Source of the DNA: Acidimicrobiales bacterium
Lineage (GTDB): Bacteria; Actinomycetota; Acidimicrobiia; Acidimicrobiales; Palsa-688
Reading direction: 5' to 3'
Assembly (NCBI GenBank): GCA_035503975.1
Contig: DATJST010000312.1
Coordinates: forward strand, 1 to 53,356
DNA: 53,356 nucleotides
Shown one piece after another: positions 36,250 through 46,101 of the stretch (within the stretch, counting starts at the first letter, position 1; each line of letters starts with the position of its first letter). Position numbers and translations under genes: made by a program. The notes beneath the pieces were generated by a model that did no database searches, was not told the DNA's origin, and was given only the letters and a program-made list of their open reading frames with translations.

Positions 36250-37944
36250 CTAGGCGCCGCCCCTGGTCTCTGCCGGGAAGCCCGAACTCGGGACCCGGCT
36301 CACGTTCCTCATGTACAAAGCGACCTTGGCACCAAGGAAATCGAGTGCCGACACCTTGTTGTAAGCCGACGTGATCTCGGAGACCAGGTAGTGCTCTGTC
36401 CGGTACACGAGGGCGCGGTACGCCAGCACACCAGGCCCGGGCGCCTCGCTGCCGGCGTGCGAGGTGACGAGCCATAGCCGAGCGCACGAACGTGTGACTG
36501 CCTCGAACTGTGCCGGCGTGAACGACTGGGGTTGTTCGGCGTACGCCGACCGCGCCCCCCATGTCGTACGCGGGAGCACAAGCTGAGGGACGACGCCGCG
36601 CAAATGTAGGTTCACGACATAATAATCGAAAGGCATGTAGGCGTCTGCAACGAAAAAGGCAATACAGTCACCGGGTTTTGAATGTGCCACCAAGTTGGTC
36701 ACACCAATCCTCCAGTTTTCGAGCGGCACACCATAACTGGGCAGGATCACGGCCGCTCGTAAGGCGAGGATGGTAATCGCGGCTGCGGCGCCTAGCGTCC
36801 GCCAGGGCACCCGGGACAAAGCGACCCCGGTCAGCATTGAACCCCCGACAACAGAAAAAAGGATGTAGCGGTCGGAGAAGACCGGCTGCACTTCCTTGGA
36901 GAAGACCCATGTCACGACCGGCGGCAGGAGCAGCCACGACAGCAGCAACAGGTAGCCCCATGCTTCCGGGCCGCGCGGATGCTGCCTGGTGCTCCGCACC
37001 GCCAACGCGAGCGCAGCCGTCCAGCACAGCAAAACAGCGCAGGTTAGGGAGTCGACCTGCCAATGGTGGAAAGGTACGTTCACGTTCTTGGACGAGGCCA
37101 GGAAATCCACGAAATAAAGGTTGTTCCGGCTGAGGAGCGGTCCCGGTGGCGGGATCCATTGGATAGGGCGCGTGCCGTGGTCCAAGCCGACCCAGGCGAG
37201 AGGCACAAGCGCCGTCGCTGACAACGTAGCGGGCAGGACGAGAGCCCTCCACTGGATGTCACCCCGGCGCCGGCCCAAGAGGGATATCGCTTGGGCGAGC
37301 ACAACCAGGACGCTCAGGAGGAGCGTGTACGCTGCTAGCACGCTCAGTGCGAAATAAACGGCCCAGGCCCATCGGTGACGCGCCTGCACCGCCACCACAA
37401 ACGCCAAAGTCGAACAGCAGGTCAGGAATACTGCCGGTACGTAGGCTCGGGCATCTTGTCCCCACCACACCATCGGTAGGCTTACCGCGACGCAGGCGGC
37501 TGACAGTACCGCCGCCCAGGCACCGAACAGGCGCCGGACCAGGTAGTAGCACACGGGCACCATGCCGATCGCCGCAAGCGCACTGGGAGCCCGCAGAGCT
37601 GTTTCGGTGTCGCCGAACACCCCGGTCCAAAAGTGCATGCCGAGGTAATAGGCGACAGCGTTCCCGGCGTCTTCTAAAACCGCCGGGAGAAGGCGGCCAC
37701 CGTGCTGGCTAGCCGCTCCAAAGGTGAACGCCTCGTCCAGCCATAGGCTCCGCGCCCCGAGGTCGTGCAATACCAGCCACGTCGCCAGCAGAGTGCATAC
37801 TGCCAGCGCCGCGACCTCGCTCCCGCGCTGCCGCCGAGATGCGCGGCGGCCACCGCCCACGCCGGTGGCGGTCAGGTGGTCGCCGAGGACGGCGACGGGT
37901 TCACGCCTTGCTGTAAATCTGGGCGCTGCCCAAGGCATAGACAT
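36250..37944 (-). CDS. GT-C-fold (GT39/ArnT-like) membrane glycosyltransferase-like protein
   Basis: Many TM helices. 'SLWLDEAFTFGAAS' acidic loop motif follows the first helix. ~150-aa C-terminal soluble domain. The start overlaps the upstream gene end. Confidence 0.7.
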   Translation of the reverse strand: MSMPWAAPRFTARREPVAVLGDHLTATGVGGGRRASRRQRGSEVAALAVCTLLATWLVLHDLGARSLWLDEAFTFGAASQHGGRLLPAVLEDAGNAVAYYLGMHFWTGVFGDTETALRAPSALAAIGMVPVCYYLVRRLFGAWAAVLSAACVAVSLPMVWWGQDARAYVPAVFLTCCSTLAFVVAVQARHRWAWAVYFALSVLAAYTLLLSVLVVLAQAISLLGRRRGDIQWRALVLPATLSATALVPLAWVGLDHGTRPIQWIPPPGPLLSRNNLYFVDFLASSKNVNVPFHHWQVDSLTCAVLLCWTAALALAVRSTRQHPRGPEAWGYLLLLSWLLLPPVVTWVFSKEVQPVFSDRYILFSVVGGSMLTGVALSRVPWRTLGAAAAITILALRAAVILPSYGVPLENWRIGVTNLVAHSKPGDCIAFFVADAYMPFDYYVVNLHLRGVVPQLVLPRTTWGARSAYAEQPQSFTPAQFEAVTRSCARLWLVTSHAGSEAPGPGVLAYRALVYRTEHYLVSEITSAYNKVSALDFLGAKVALYMRNVSRVPSSGFPAETRGGA

Positions 37945-39226
37945 GGCCGCTGCGGTCGAGTAGCCAGTACCCCTTGCCGTCTGGCCGCGCCGAAATGGCG
38001 ACGACAGGGTCTGTGGAGGCGTCGATGGTCGCCGTCACGGCACCATAAAACGAATTAATGGTGTCGCCGATGGTGATCACGCCGCCGTCTATGCCCGCTT
38101 CCCAAGCCCCGTTGCCGCTCGGCGAAGCTGCCCCGCCTACCAGGCTGGCCGAAAGCGCCGTGCCCGCACCGCCTCCGGCGATAGATCCCCCCGGGTACAG
38201 ATAGGTGGCCGCATTACTGGACGCGGTCACAATGTAACCCCCACCGTTCCGGGTCATTATGGCAGCGTAAGGCGCCATCGAGGGGCCTGGCTGGCCCAGG
38301 GCCTGGGCGTCCCCGAAATGGTAGACGTGGCCGTCCGCTGTCAGGATCCAATAGCCCTTGCCGTCAGGGGACTCAGCGATGCCCACTGCCGGTGCTTGGG
38401 ATGCGACTGCGGGGGAGAGCGACCCGTACCCGACAGCGTCCCCGAAGTGGTACACGTGCCCGTTGCGGCTCAACAACCAATAACCGTGCCCGTCGGAAAC
38501 TCGGGCCATGCCCACGATCGCCGACCGTGCCGAGGCGCCCGGCGCCCGCGAGCCGTAGGAACGAGCGTCGCCATAAGCCGTCACTACGCCGTCTGCTTGG
38601 GCGAGCCAGTAACCGCCGCCATCGGTGGTCGTCGCGATGGCCACATAGGCGCTCGCCACCTCCGGCGCCGCGGCGGTGACGCGGAACGGCACGACGCCAA
38701 CCTTGCCACCGGTGCAGTCGGGTGCCTTGAACTCGTAGCGACCGGGCTCCGCCGGTAGGCCCGGCCTGCCCGCGTGGTCGCTCCCGAGATAGGCCGGGAC
38801 GAGGAACGACGCCGACCAGGTGCCGTTGCCGTAGAGCGGTGCCGCCATTTGCACAGCAGGCCCGCCCGAGGCCTCGTCCGCCTTCACGAAGCTGAAGCCG
38901 AACCAGTTGTGGTCCAAGTTGCAACCGTGCCCCGCCCCGCCCACGAGCGTGACCACAGTGCCCGGTCCTCCAGCGGCGGGTGAGACCTTGATCGTCCCTG
39001 CCGCATAAGACGGCGTTGTAGGTGCGGACGTACCCTTGGGCGAGGACCCGCAGGCGGCCAGTACCCCGGAGGCAGCCAGCACCGATGTGGCGGCCGCGGC
39101 CACCGCCTGCCACGACCGCGCCGGCCGCGATGCGCTGTACTGGCCTGCGCAGTGCAGCCCCCAGCCCGCGAAATGCGGCCTTCGGCACTTACGGTCGGTC
39201 CACATTTCCCGGTCGCTGCCCTCCAT
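37901..39226 (-). CDS. Lipoprotein with two-Cys N-domain and six ~40-aa 'GYWLL..DG.V..FGDA..YGS' repeats (paralogue 1)
   Basis: Lipobox 'VLAAC', then repeats such as 'IVGMARVSDGHGYWLLSRNGHVYHFGDAVGYGS' and 'VVAISARPDGKGYWLLDRSGHVYALGSAQIYS'. Exact start is uncertain. Confidence 0.7.
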   Translation of the reverse strand: MEGSDREMWTDRKCRRPHFAGWGLHCAGQYSASRPARSWQAVAAAATSVLAASGVLAACGSSPKGTSAPTTPSYAAGTIKVSPAAGGPGTVVTLVGGAGHGCNLDHNWFGFSFVKADEASGGPAVQMAAPLYGNGTWSASFLVPAYLGSDHAGRPGLPAEPGRYEFKAPDCTGGKVGVVPFRVTAAAPEVASAYVAIATTTDGGGYWLAQADGVVTAYGDARSYGSRAPGASARSAIVGMARVSDGHGYWLLSRNGHVYHFGDAVGYGSLSPAVASQAPAVGIAESPDGKGYWILTADGHVYHFGDAQALGQPGPSMAPYAAIMTRNGGGYIVTASSNAATYLYPGGSIAGGGAGTALSASLVGGAASPSGNGAWEAGIDGGVITIGDTINSFYGAVTATIDASTDPVVAISARPDGKGYWLLDRSGHVYALGSAQIYSKA

Positions 39227-39289
39227 CCACTGGCCGCCGCCGGCGCCGTCGCCGGGGGGGCGGCGGCAAGTCTAAGCGGCGTAGTAGGC

Positions 39290-39964
39290 CTAAGCGGTCC
39301 CCGGTACGACGAGGCCGGTCTCGTACGCAGTCACGACCAGTTGGGCGCGGTCGTGCGCGCCGAGCTTTGTCATGGCCCGGCTGACGTGGGTCTTGGCCGT
39401 GAGCGGGCTCATGTAGAGCCTTCCCGCAATCTCGTCGTTGGACAGGCCCTGGGCTACGAGCACGAGCACTTCACGCTCGCGCTCGGTAAGCGCAGCCAGC
39501 GCTTCGGCTGCTGGCCGTGCGCGGTTGTGCCCGTCGGGCCGCGCCGCAATGTCTTCGATCAGCCGGCGGGTGACCGATGGCGACAGCAGGGCATCACCGC
39601 GGGCCACAACCCGCACAGCCTGGATGAGGTCGGCGGGCTCGGTGTCTTTCAACAAAAAGCCGCTTGCTCCGGCCCGCAGCGCCTCGTACACGTACTCGTC
39701 CGTTTCGTAAGTTGTCACTATCAGCACTCGCACCGCGGCTAGGGCAGGGTCCGCAGAAATGCGGCGCGTTGCCTCCAGCCCGTCCGCGTGAGGCATGCGG
39801 ATGTCCATCAGGACCACGTCCGCCCCGTGCTGGCGAGCCGCCGCGACCGCCTCATCCCCGTCACTGGCCTCGCCCACGACCTCGATGTCGGGGGCCGAGC
39901 CTAGGAGCAGCTTGAACCCGCCGCGTAGCAGTGCCTGGTCGTCGGCGACCACTACCCTGATCAC
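39290..39964 (-). CDS. NarL/LuxR-family response regulator
   Basis: Receiver domain ('IRVVVADDQALLRGG', 'DVVLMDIRMP') plus LuxR HTH ('LSNDEIAGRLYMSPLTAKTHVSRAMTKLG'). GTGA overlap with the kinase gene. Confidence 0.9.
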   Translation of the reverse strand: MIRVVVADDQALLRGGFKLLLGSAPDIEVVGEASDGDEAVAAARQHGADVVLMDIRMPHADGLEATRRISADPALAAVRVLIVTTYETDEYVYEALRAGASGFLLKDTEPADLIQAVRVVARGDALLSPSVTRRLIEDIAARPDGHNRARPAAEALAALTEREREVLVLVAQGLSNDEIAGRLYMSPLTAKTHVSRAMTKLGAHDRAQLVVTAYETGLVVPGTA

Positions 39965-41325
39965 CGAGCGCTCGTCGCCTCGCTGGGGACTTTGCCTGGG
40001 AGTGCCACCGGGGCGTAAGGGAGGGTGGCCTTGACTACAAAACCGCCCCGCGGGCCGGGGGCGGCGGCAACCCGGCCACCGGCCGCCTCCACCCTTTCGC
40101 GCATGCCCCGCAGCCCGCTGCCACCCTCTTGCCGGCCACCCTCTTCGCTGGCACCCTCTTCGCTGGCACGCTCTTCCCGGCCACCCCGAGCACCCTCTTC
40201 CCGGCCACCTGCCTCGTTGCTAACCGGGCCGCGGCCATCATCGGTTACTTCGATCGTCAGCCCATCGACGGCGTAAACCAGCTTCACCAACGCCCGCGCC
40301 GGGCCCGCATGTCGCAGCGTGTTGGTGAGGGCCTCTTGCACCACTCGGTAGCTGGCCAGGTCGGCGGCCGCGGCGAGCGGGCGTGGCGTACCGTGACGCT
40401 CGACCGTGATCGGCAGCCCGGCCTTGGTGGTGACAACCACTAGGTCGTCCAGTTGGGCGAGGCCTGCGACTGGCGCCACCGAGTCTTTGTCTTCGGGAAA
40501 GCGCAGCAGGTCCAAGATGCCCCGCAATTCGCGGAGCGCCTCCTTGCTCGTGGTGCGGACCTGTTCCATTGCCTCGAGCGCCTTGGCCACTTCCTCGGGC
40601 CGCTCCCGCAGCAGGTGGGAGGCCGCGCCCGCTTGAACGTTGATCGTAGCCATGGTGTGGGCCACCACGTCGTGCAGCTCCCGGGCGATGCGTAGGCGCT
40701 CGGCTTCGACCCGGCGCCGGGCCACCTCTTCGCGAGAGCGCTCGGCCTGCTCCACCCGGTCGCGGGCTTGGGCCAGCGTCGTGCGCCGGTTGGCGACCGC
40801 GAAGCCGGCCCCGGCCCCAGCCAAGGCCTCGAAGGGCACAACGGTGAGAGGCCCCTGGGTTACCCCGAACGGCTCGAAGGCGGCGAAGGCCACTCCCAAC
40901 AGGACAACGCTGGCGGCAAGGCACGTCCAGGTCGTGCGCGCGTTGGTAGCGGTGGCCAAGGCGTAGAGCCCGACGGCCACAGCGAGCAACGGCGCCCCGT
41001 CGTCGTAGCCGAGCACCGTGTAGGCCAGGGTCAGCGCCAGCACGGCCACATATGTGGCCACCGGCCAGCGGCGCCGGCCTACCAGCACCAGGCCGGCGGC
41101 TACCACCAGCACGTACGCCCAGGGTGGCACCGTGGGCAGCTTCAGCGACGGGTCGCCCTGGACCGGGTTGTGGGCCTCGTCGTAGGCGCCGTAATAGTCG
41201 ATCGCGGCAGTGACCAAGGCGATGGCAGCGTCCGTACCCCAGTTGCCCCACGAGTGCTGCGTTGGAGCGGAGCGGTTCGTCACCATGGCTACAACGCTAC
41301 GCCGGGCCAGCAGAAGGCTCGTCAT
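39961..41325 (-). CDS. Sensor histidine kinase (HisKA_3 / NarL-partner type)
   Basis: TM-rich N-terminus, 'ELHDVVAHTMATINVQAGAA' H-box and 'GLRGMRERV' ATPase motif. Start is ATG 41325 or 41286; the ORF extension to 41805 is rejected. Confidence 0.85.
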   Translation of the reverse strand: MTSLLLARRSVVAMVTNRSAPTQHSWGNWGTDAAIALVTAAIDYYGAYDEAHNPVQGDPSLKLPTVPPWAYVLVVAAGLVLVGRRRWPVATYVAVLALTLAYTVLGYDDGAPLLAVAVGLYALATATNARTTWTCLAASVVLLGVAFAAFEPFGVTQGPLTVVPFEALAGAGAGFAVANRRTTLAQARDRVEQAERSREEVARRRVEAERLRIARELHDVVAHTMATINVQAGAASHLLRERPEEVAKALEAMEQVRTTSKEALRELRGILDLLRFPEDKDSVAPVAGLAQLDDLVVVTTKAGLPITVERHGTPRPLAAAADLASYRVVQEALTNTLRHAGPARALVKLVYAVDGLTIEVTDDGRGPVSNEAGGREEGARGGREERASEEGASEEGGRQEGGSGLRGMRERVEAAGGRVAAAPGPRGGFVVKATLPYAPVALPGKVPSEATSAR

Positions 41326-41476
41326 ACCGGTGGAGGCCTTCGCACCGCGGCGCGTACTGCTGCCGGAGTAGCCACAACTCCCGCGCCCGGACGATGACTG
41401 CGGACGCATGTTCACGTCACCATAAGTGAAAGGGCCCAAGCGTGGCGGGCCGCCACGGACGCCGAACGGAGCAGTC

Positions 41477-43603
41477 ATGCGCAAATTGAGCGATTGGGTA
41501 TTGCGGCACAAGTTGTTCGTGGCCATCTTCTGGTTCGTGCTCGCTGTTGCCGGATTTGCCAGCCTGGGAACGGCGACTTCACGCCTCTCGACCAACTTCA
41601 GCGTCCCCAATGAGCCCGCGTTCAAGGCCGACGCCCGTGTCCAGGCCCTCTTCCACAGCGGCGGCGATGTCGCACCTACGGTCCTCAGCATCGAGGTGCC
41701 GCCGGGTACATCCTGGGCCAGCCCCTTGGCCGAGGACGCTGTGGGCCGTGCCTTTGGCGCCGCCGGGCACGCCGTGCCCGGGTCGAGGGTGCTGGATGCA
41801 GCCACGACCGGCGACGAGCGCTTTTACGCCGGGCGCTATTCGTTCGCCGTTGTCTTCACTCCGCCCGGGGCGGGCCAGTTCGGCGGCAACGTGCCTACAG
41901 CGCAGCTCGAAAGTGCCGTAACCCGCGCGCTACCCAAGGGCTGGCAGGTCGCCGCCACCGGCCTTGCCCAGCTCGAGTCGGGGGCCCAGCAAAAAGGGCC
42001 GAGCGTACTGGCCGAGACCATGATCGGGGGGCTCGGAGCGCTCGCCGTACTGGCCTTTGTTTTTGCCTCCCTGCTCGCCCTCATGCCCCTCATAATGGCT
42101 GTCATTGCCATCCCGGCCACGTTCCTCTTGATCGATGGGCTCACGTACCTGACCCCGGTAAATTTCATCGTCGAGTTTTTGGTCGCTCTGATCGGCCTAG
42201 GGGTTTCGATCGACTACAGCCTTTTGGTCGTGACACGCTGGCGAGAACAACGAGCCAAGGGGGACGACAATGAGACAGCAGTCAAAACGGCCATGGCCTC
42301 GGCCGGCCGGGCCGTCGTCTTTTCTGGGCTGACCGTTGCGATAAGCCTGCTCGCCCTCGTGGTGCTGCCCGTCAATTTCCTCCGCAATATCGGCAGCGCC
42401 GGCTTTTTGATCCCCCTCGTCTCCGTCGGCGTGGCCACCACGCTGCTCCCGGTTTTATTGGCTACCGTCGGGCCGCGCCTCGACTGGCCCCGGATCCGCA
42501 AAGAAGCACGCCCGAGCCGCGTGTGGAGCTCGTGGGCCAGGCTGGTCGTGAACCACAAAGGCCTGGTGGCGCTGCTCGGGACCGGGGCGGCGCTGGCGCT
42601 GGTTTTTCCTTTGACCAACATCAACATCGGGGAACCGCAAACCTCGGCCCTGGCGACGAGTGGTCCCGCGCACGCGGCGCTCGTCGAGCTCTCCGAGGCC
42701 GGCGTTCCCACTGGGATCGTCGCTCCTATCGAGATCCTGACGACAGCCAAGGCCGCCCCGACAGCGGCTCGTGCCCTGTCGGTGCTGCCCGGCATCTACG
42801 GGGCTTTCGCCCCGAGCGGGCCTGGCTGGCACCGCGGTGCCACGGCACTGGTCGAAGTGCTGCCCGTGAACGAGCCAAGTTCTTCGGCCGGTTCGGCTGC
42901 CGTGACCGCGGTGCGCGAAGCCGCCCGTCAGTTGCGGGCCGTAACGGGAGTAGGCGGGATCGGTCCGTCGCAGCAGGACTTCTCCAGCTCGATCTATGGG
43001 AACTTCCCTCTCATGTTGGCGCTGATCGCGATTGCCACGTTCTTGTTGCTCGCCCGTGCGTTCCGGAGCGTAGTGCTTGCCACCAAGGCAGTCGTGTTCA
43101 ACTTGCTGTCGGTGTCGGCGGCTTATGGCACCATGGTCCTCATCTGGCAGTCGGGTTACGGCAGCCGGTTGATTTGGGGCATACCTGCTACCGGGTCGAT
43201 CACCGTCTGGGTGCCGATCATGGTATTTGCCTTCCTGTTCGGCCTGTCCATGGACTACGAGGTGTTCATCCTTTCCCGGACAAGGGAGGCTTACGACACG
43301 TCCAGGGACGGTTCCACGACTGAGGCGGTGGTTACCGGGCTGGCCCGCACGGGGAGGTTGGTGACGAGCGCGGCGGCAATCTTGTTCCTCAGCTTCCTGT
43401 CGATGTCGAGCGCGCCAGATACTGACGTCAAGGTGTTGGCCACGGGGCTTGGGGCGGGCATCCTGCTCGATGCCGTCCTCGTGCGTTCGGTCTTGGTGCC
43501 CGCGTACATCAGCCTGCTCGGCCGGTGGAACTGGTGGCTGCCCGCACCTCTGGCCCGCCTGCTCTTCACCTCACCGTCGCGGCTGCCCGCAGCCACCAAT
43601 TGA
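41477..43603 (+). CDS. MMPL-family (RND superfamily) membrane transporter
   Basis: Two-fold repeat of TM bundles with 'DYSLLVVTRWREQ' and 'DYEVFILSRTREA' motifs. Start ATG 41477 (MRKLSDWVLRHK). Confidence 0.9.
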   Translation: MRKLSDWVLRHKLFVAIFWFVLAVAGFASLGTATSRLSTNFSVPNEPAFKADARVQALFHSGGDVAPTVLSIEVPPGTSWASPLAEDAVGRAFGAAGHAVPGSRVLDAATTGDERFYAGRYSFAVVFTPPGAGQFGGNVPTAQLESAVTRALPKGWQVAATGLAQLESGAQQKGPSVLAETMIGGLGALAVLAFVFASLLALMPLIMAVIAIPATFLLIDGLTYLTPVNFIVEFLVALIGLGVSIDYSLLVVTRWREQRAKGDDNETAVKTAMASAGRAVVFSGLTVAISLLALVVLPVNFLRNIGSAGFLIPLVSVGVATTLLPVLLATVGPRLDWPRIRKEARPSRVWSSWARLVVNHKGLVALLGTGAALALVFPLTNINIGEPQTSALATSGPAHAALVELSEAGVPTGIVAPIEILTTAKAAPTAARALSVLPGIYGAFAPSGPGWHRGATALVEVLPVNEPSSSAGSAAVTAVREAARQLRAVTGVGGIGPSQQDFSSSIYGNFPLMLALIAIATFLLLARAFRSVVLATKAVVFNLLSVSAAYGTMVLIWQSGYGSRLIWGIPATGSITVWVPIMVFAFLFGLSMDYEVFILSRTREAYDTSRDGSTTEAVVTGLARTGRLVTSAAAILFLSFLSMSSAPDTDVKVLATGLGAGILLDAVLVRSVLVPAYISLLGRWNWWLPAPLARLLFTSPSRLPAATN

Positions 43604-43610
43604 TAGCCCC

Positions 43611-43636
43611 GGCCCGCTCGGGCCGAAGGGCGGGCC
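43611..43636 (+). terminator. GC-rich stem-loop after the MMPL gene
   Basis: GGCCCGC (43611-43617), 12-nt loop, GCGGGCC (43630-43636). No U-tract. Confidence 0.3.
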
Positions 43637-43708
43637 GAGCGCCACCGGTACCGGGGACCGCCTCTGAACATTGCCACTGGTCGGGCCGGGCGGGCAGACT
43701 GCCATGAC

Positions 43709-45388
43709 GTGACCTACACCCCGGCGCGTGAGCTGGCGGACCGGTTCCACGAAGAGTGGCTGGCCGCCAACCCGTTTGAAGCCAGCTACATGGGAGTCCT
43801 TGGCTGGGATGACCGTGTCCCGGATGCCAGCGAGGAAGGCGAGGAGACGCGCCGCGGCCGGCTTGCCGACTTGGGGGTGCAAGCACGGGGCCTGTTGTCG
43901 CGCGACCCCGGCGACGACGACCGGCTCACGCTCCAATGCCTGGACGCGCTGGCCGCATCGGAGTCGGCCGAACTCGCCGCCCAAGCCACAGAGCACCTCG
44001 TCACGCCCTCGACGTTCCACGGCCCGGCGCAGCTCATGGCGGTCGCGGCGCGGACCATCGTGACCGGCCCCGAGGCCGCCGGCTCTTACCTAGAGCGGCT
44101 CCGCCGCAGTGCCATCTGGCTCGACCAGGTGACCGAACGCCTGCGCCAGGGGAGAGCCAAAGGGCGCCTGCCCGTGGCCCCCTTGGTCGAAAAGACCATC
44201 GCTTGGGCAGGCGAGGTGTTGGCGCCTCCTGTGCCGGACGCCCTCGTGGCGGCGGCGCCACCAAGCGGGTGGGACGGGGCGGAGGCATGGGGGCGCGAGC
44301 GCGACCGGGTTGCCCGCGACGTGGTGCGCCCTGCGCTGGTGCGCTGGTTCGACGAGCTGAACGCCCTACTGCCAGAGTCGCGACCGGGAGAGCAGGCTGG
44401 CCTGGTGCACCTCCCGGGCGGCGAAGCCGACTATCGCTCCGCCATCAAGGCTCACACAACCCTGGATGTCACTGCTGAGCAGCTGCACCAGCGCGGCCGC
44501 GAGGAACTGGAACGCTTGGAAGAGCGGGCGGTCGAGCTAGGTGCAAAGATCGGCTTGACCGACCTGGCGGCGGTACGGCAGGCGCTGGGAAACTCGGCCG
44601 GCAAGATGCCGCCCGACGAGGCGATGGCAAGAGCCAGGCGGGCGGTGTCGCGCGGGGAGGCGCACGTGCCCCAACTGTTCACGGCTCCCTTGCCGCCGCC
44701 TTGCGCTGTGGAGGCGATGCCTCCGGTGGTGGCCTCGAGCGGCGTCGCCCCTCACTACACCCCGCCCCGGTTGGACGGCAGCCGCCCCGGCACCTACTGG
44801 TTCAACACCCAGGTGCCGACGGCAGGCACGGGATGGGACCTCGAGGCGGTCGCCTACCACGAAGCGCTCCCCGGCCACCACGTGCAATTCTCGCGCCTCC
44901 AACTGCTGACCGAACTGCCGGCCATGCAACGCCAGCGTTACGTCACCGTGTTCTCCGAGGGTTGGGGGCTGTTCGCCGAGCAACTGGCCGAGGAACATGG
45001 GATGTACTCCAATACCGAGAGCCTGCTCGGCGCCGTCGCAACCGCCCTCATGCGGGCGGCCCGGTTGGTGTTGGACACCGGCCTGCACGCTTTTGGCTGG
45101 GGCCGGGACGAGGCCGTTCGCTTCTTCGAGGAACACGTGCCCATGCCCGCCGAGTTCCTGGCCTCCGAGGTCGACCGTTACATCTCCTGGCCGGGCCAGG
45201 CGCTTGCTTACCTGACGGGCAAGGCCGAGATCCTGCACGCCCGTGAGGAAGTTCGCCGCACCCTCGGGGCGTCGTTCAGTCCCCGGGACTTCCATGCTGC
45301 ACTGCTCGACCACGGCTCACTGCCAATGCCGGTCATGCACGAGCACCTGCGCCGCTGGGCCAGGGACCAGGAGGCGAAGAAGGCTTGA
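43709..45388 (+). CDS. DUF885-family protein (putative metallopeptidase-like)
   Basis: 'AVAYHEALPGHHVQ' motif and ~560 aa, typical of DUF885. Confidence 0.8.
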   Translation: MTYTPARELADRFHEEWLAANPFEASYMGVLGWDDRVPDASEEGEETRRGRLADLGVQARGLLSRDPGDDDRLTLQCLDALAASESAELAAQATEHLVTPSTFHGPAQLMAVAARTIVTGPEAAGSYLERLRRSAIWLDQVTERLRQGRAKGRLPVAPLVEKTIAWAGEVLAPPVPDALVAAAPPSGWDGAEAWGRERDRVARDVVRPALVRWFDELNALLPESRPGEQAGLVHLPGGEADYRSAIKAHTTLDVTAEQLHQRGREELERLEERAVELGAKIGLTDLAAVRQALGNSAGKMPPDEAMARARRAVSRGEAHVPQLFTAPLPPPCAVEAMPPVVASSGVAPHYTPPRLDGSRPGTYWFNTQVPTAGTGWDLEAVAYHEALPGHHVQFSRLQLLTELPAMQRQRYVTVFSEGWGLFAEQLAEEHGMYSNTESLLGAVATALMRAARLVLDTGLHAFGWGRDEAVRFFEEHVPMPAEFLASEVDRYISWPGQALAYLTGKAEILHAREEVRRTLGASFSPRDFHAALLDHGSLPMPVMHEHLRRWARDQEAKKA

Positions 45389-45421
45389 CGCTCAGGCGTC
45401 GCAGCCTGGTAAAACCGGGGT

Positions 45422-46051
45422 GTGGGCATGGGCGGTTACGACTTCGTCTTGTTCGACCTGGGCGGCGTGCTGGTCCGCCTGAGAGGAGCCCAGGTCTTGC
45501 GCGAGCTGTCCGGCATCGGCACCGACAGCGAGGTGTGGGACAAGTGGATGACGTGCCGGTGGGTGCGCACTTTCGAGCGCGGCCGCTGCACACCGGAGGA
45601 GTTCGCCACCGGGCTGGTTGCTGATTGGCGCCTGCCGGTGACACCGGCACAGTTCCTAGACGGTTTCCTGACATTTCCCGAGGGCCTCTACGACGGTGCG
45701 CTCGAGCTGGTGAGCGCGGCCCGGCGCCACGCCCGGGTCGGTTGCCTGAGCAACTCCAACGCACCACACTGGCAGTTCATGAGGGCCGAGTACGGCTTCG
45801 ACGGGATCTTCGACGTGACGTTCCTCTCGCACGAGATCGGCTACGTGAAGCCGGACGCAGAGCTGTTCGAGCACGTGGCCCGGGCGCTCGGCGTGCCGGC
45901 CCGCCGCGTTGCCTTCGTAGACGACAACCTCGGCAATGTAAGGGCGGCGCAGGCGATCGGGTTTGCGGCCCGGCAAGTCCAGGGCACCGAAGAGGCGAGG
46001 GCGGCTCTACGTGAGCTCGGTGTTCTCCCGGGAGGTTGGCCGTTGTCGTGA
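45422..46051 (+). CDS. HAD-superfamily hydrolase
   Basis: 'YDFVLFDLGGVLV' motif I variant, 'GCLSNSN' and 'VAFVDDNLGNV' motifs. Confidence 0.8.
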   Translation: MGMGGYDFVLFDLGGVLVRLRGAQVLRELSGIGTDSEVWDKWMTCRWVRTFERGRCTPEEFATGLVADWRLPVTPAQFLDGFLTFPEGLYDGALELVSAARRHARVGCLSNSNAPHWQFMRAEYGFDGIFDVTFLSHEIGYVKPDAELFEHVARALGVPARRVAFVDDNLGNVRAAQAIGFAARQVQGTEEARAALRELGVLPGGWPLS

Positions 46052-46101
46052 CCGCGCCATCCTCCCAGCCGCCGATGCCGGCGGCCTAGGATGGCGCGGC
46101 A

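Noticed and set aside
41400-41440. Inverted repeat TTCAC-N10-GTGAA between the kinase and MMPL genes as a response-regulator site
   Set aside because: Only 5-bp arms are present, so chance occurrence is likely. Not supported enough to list as a feature.
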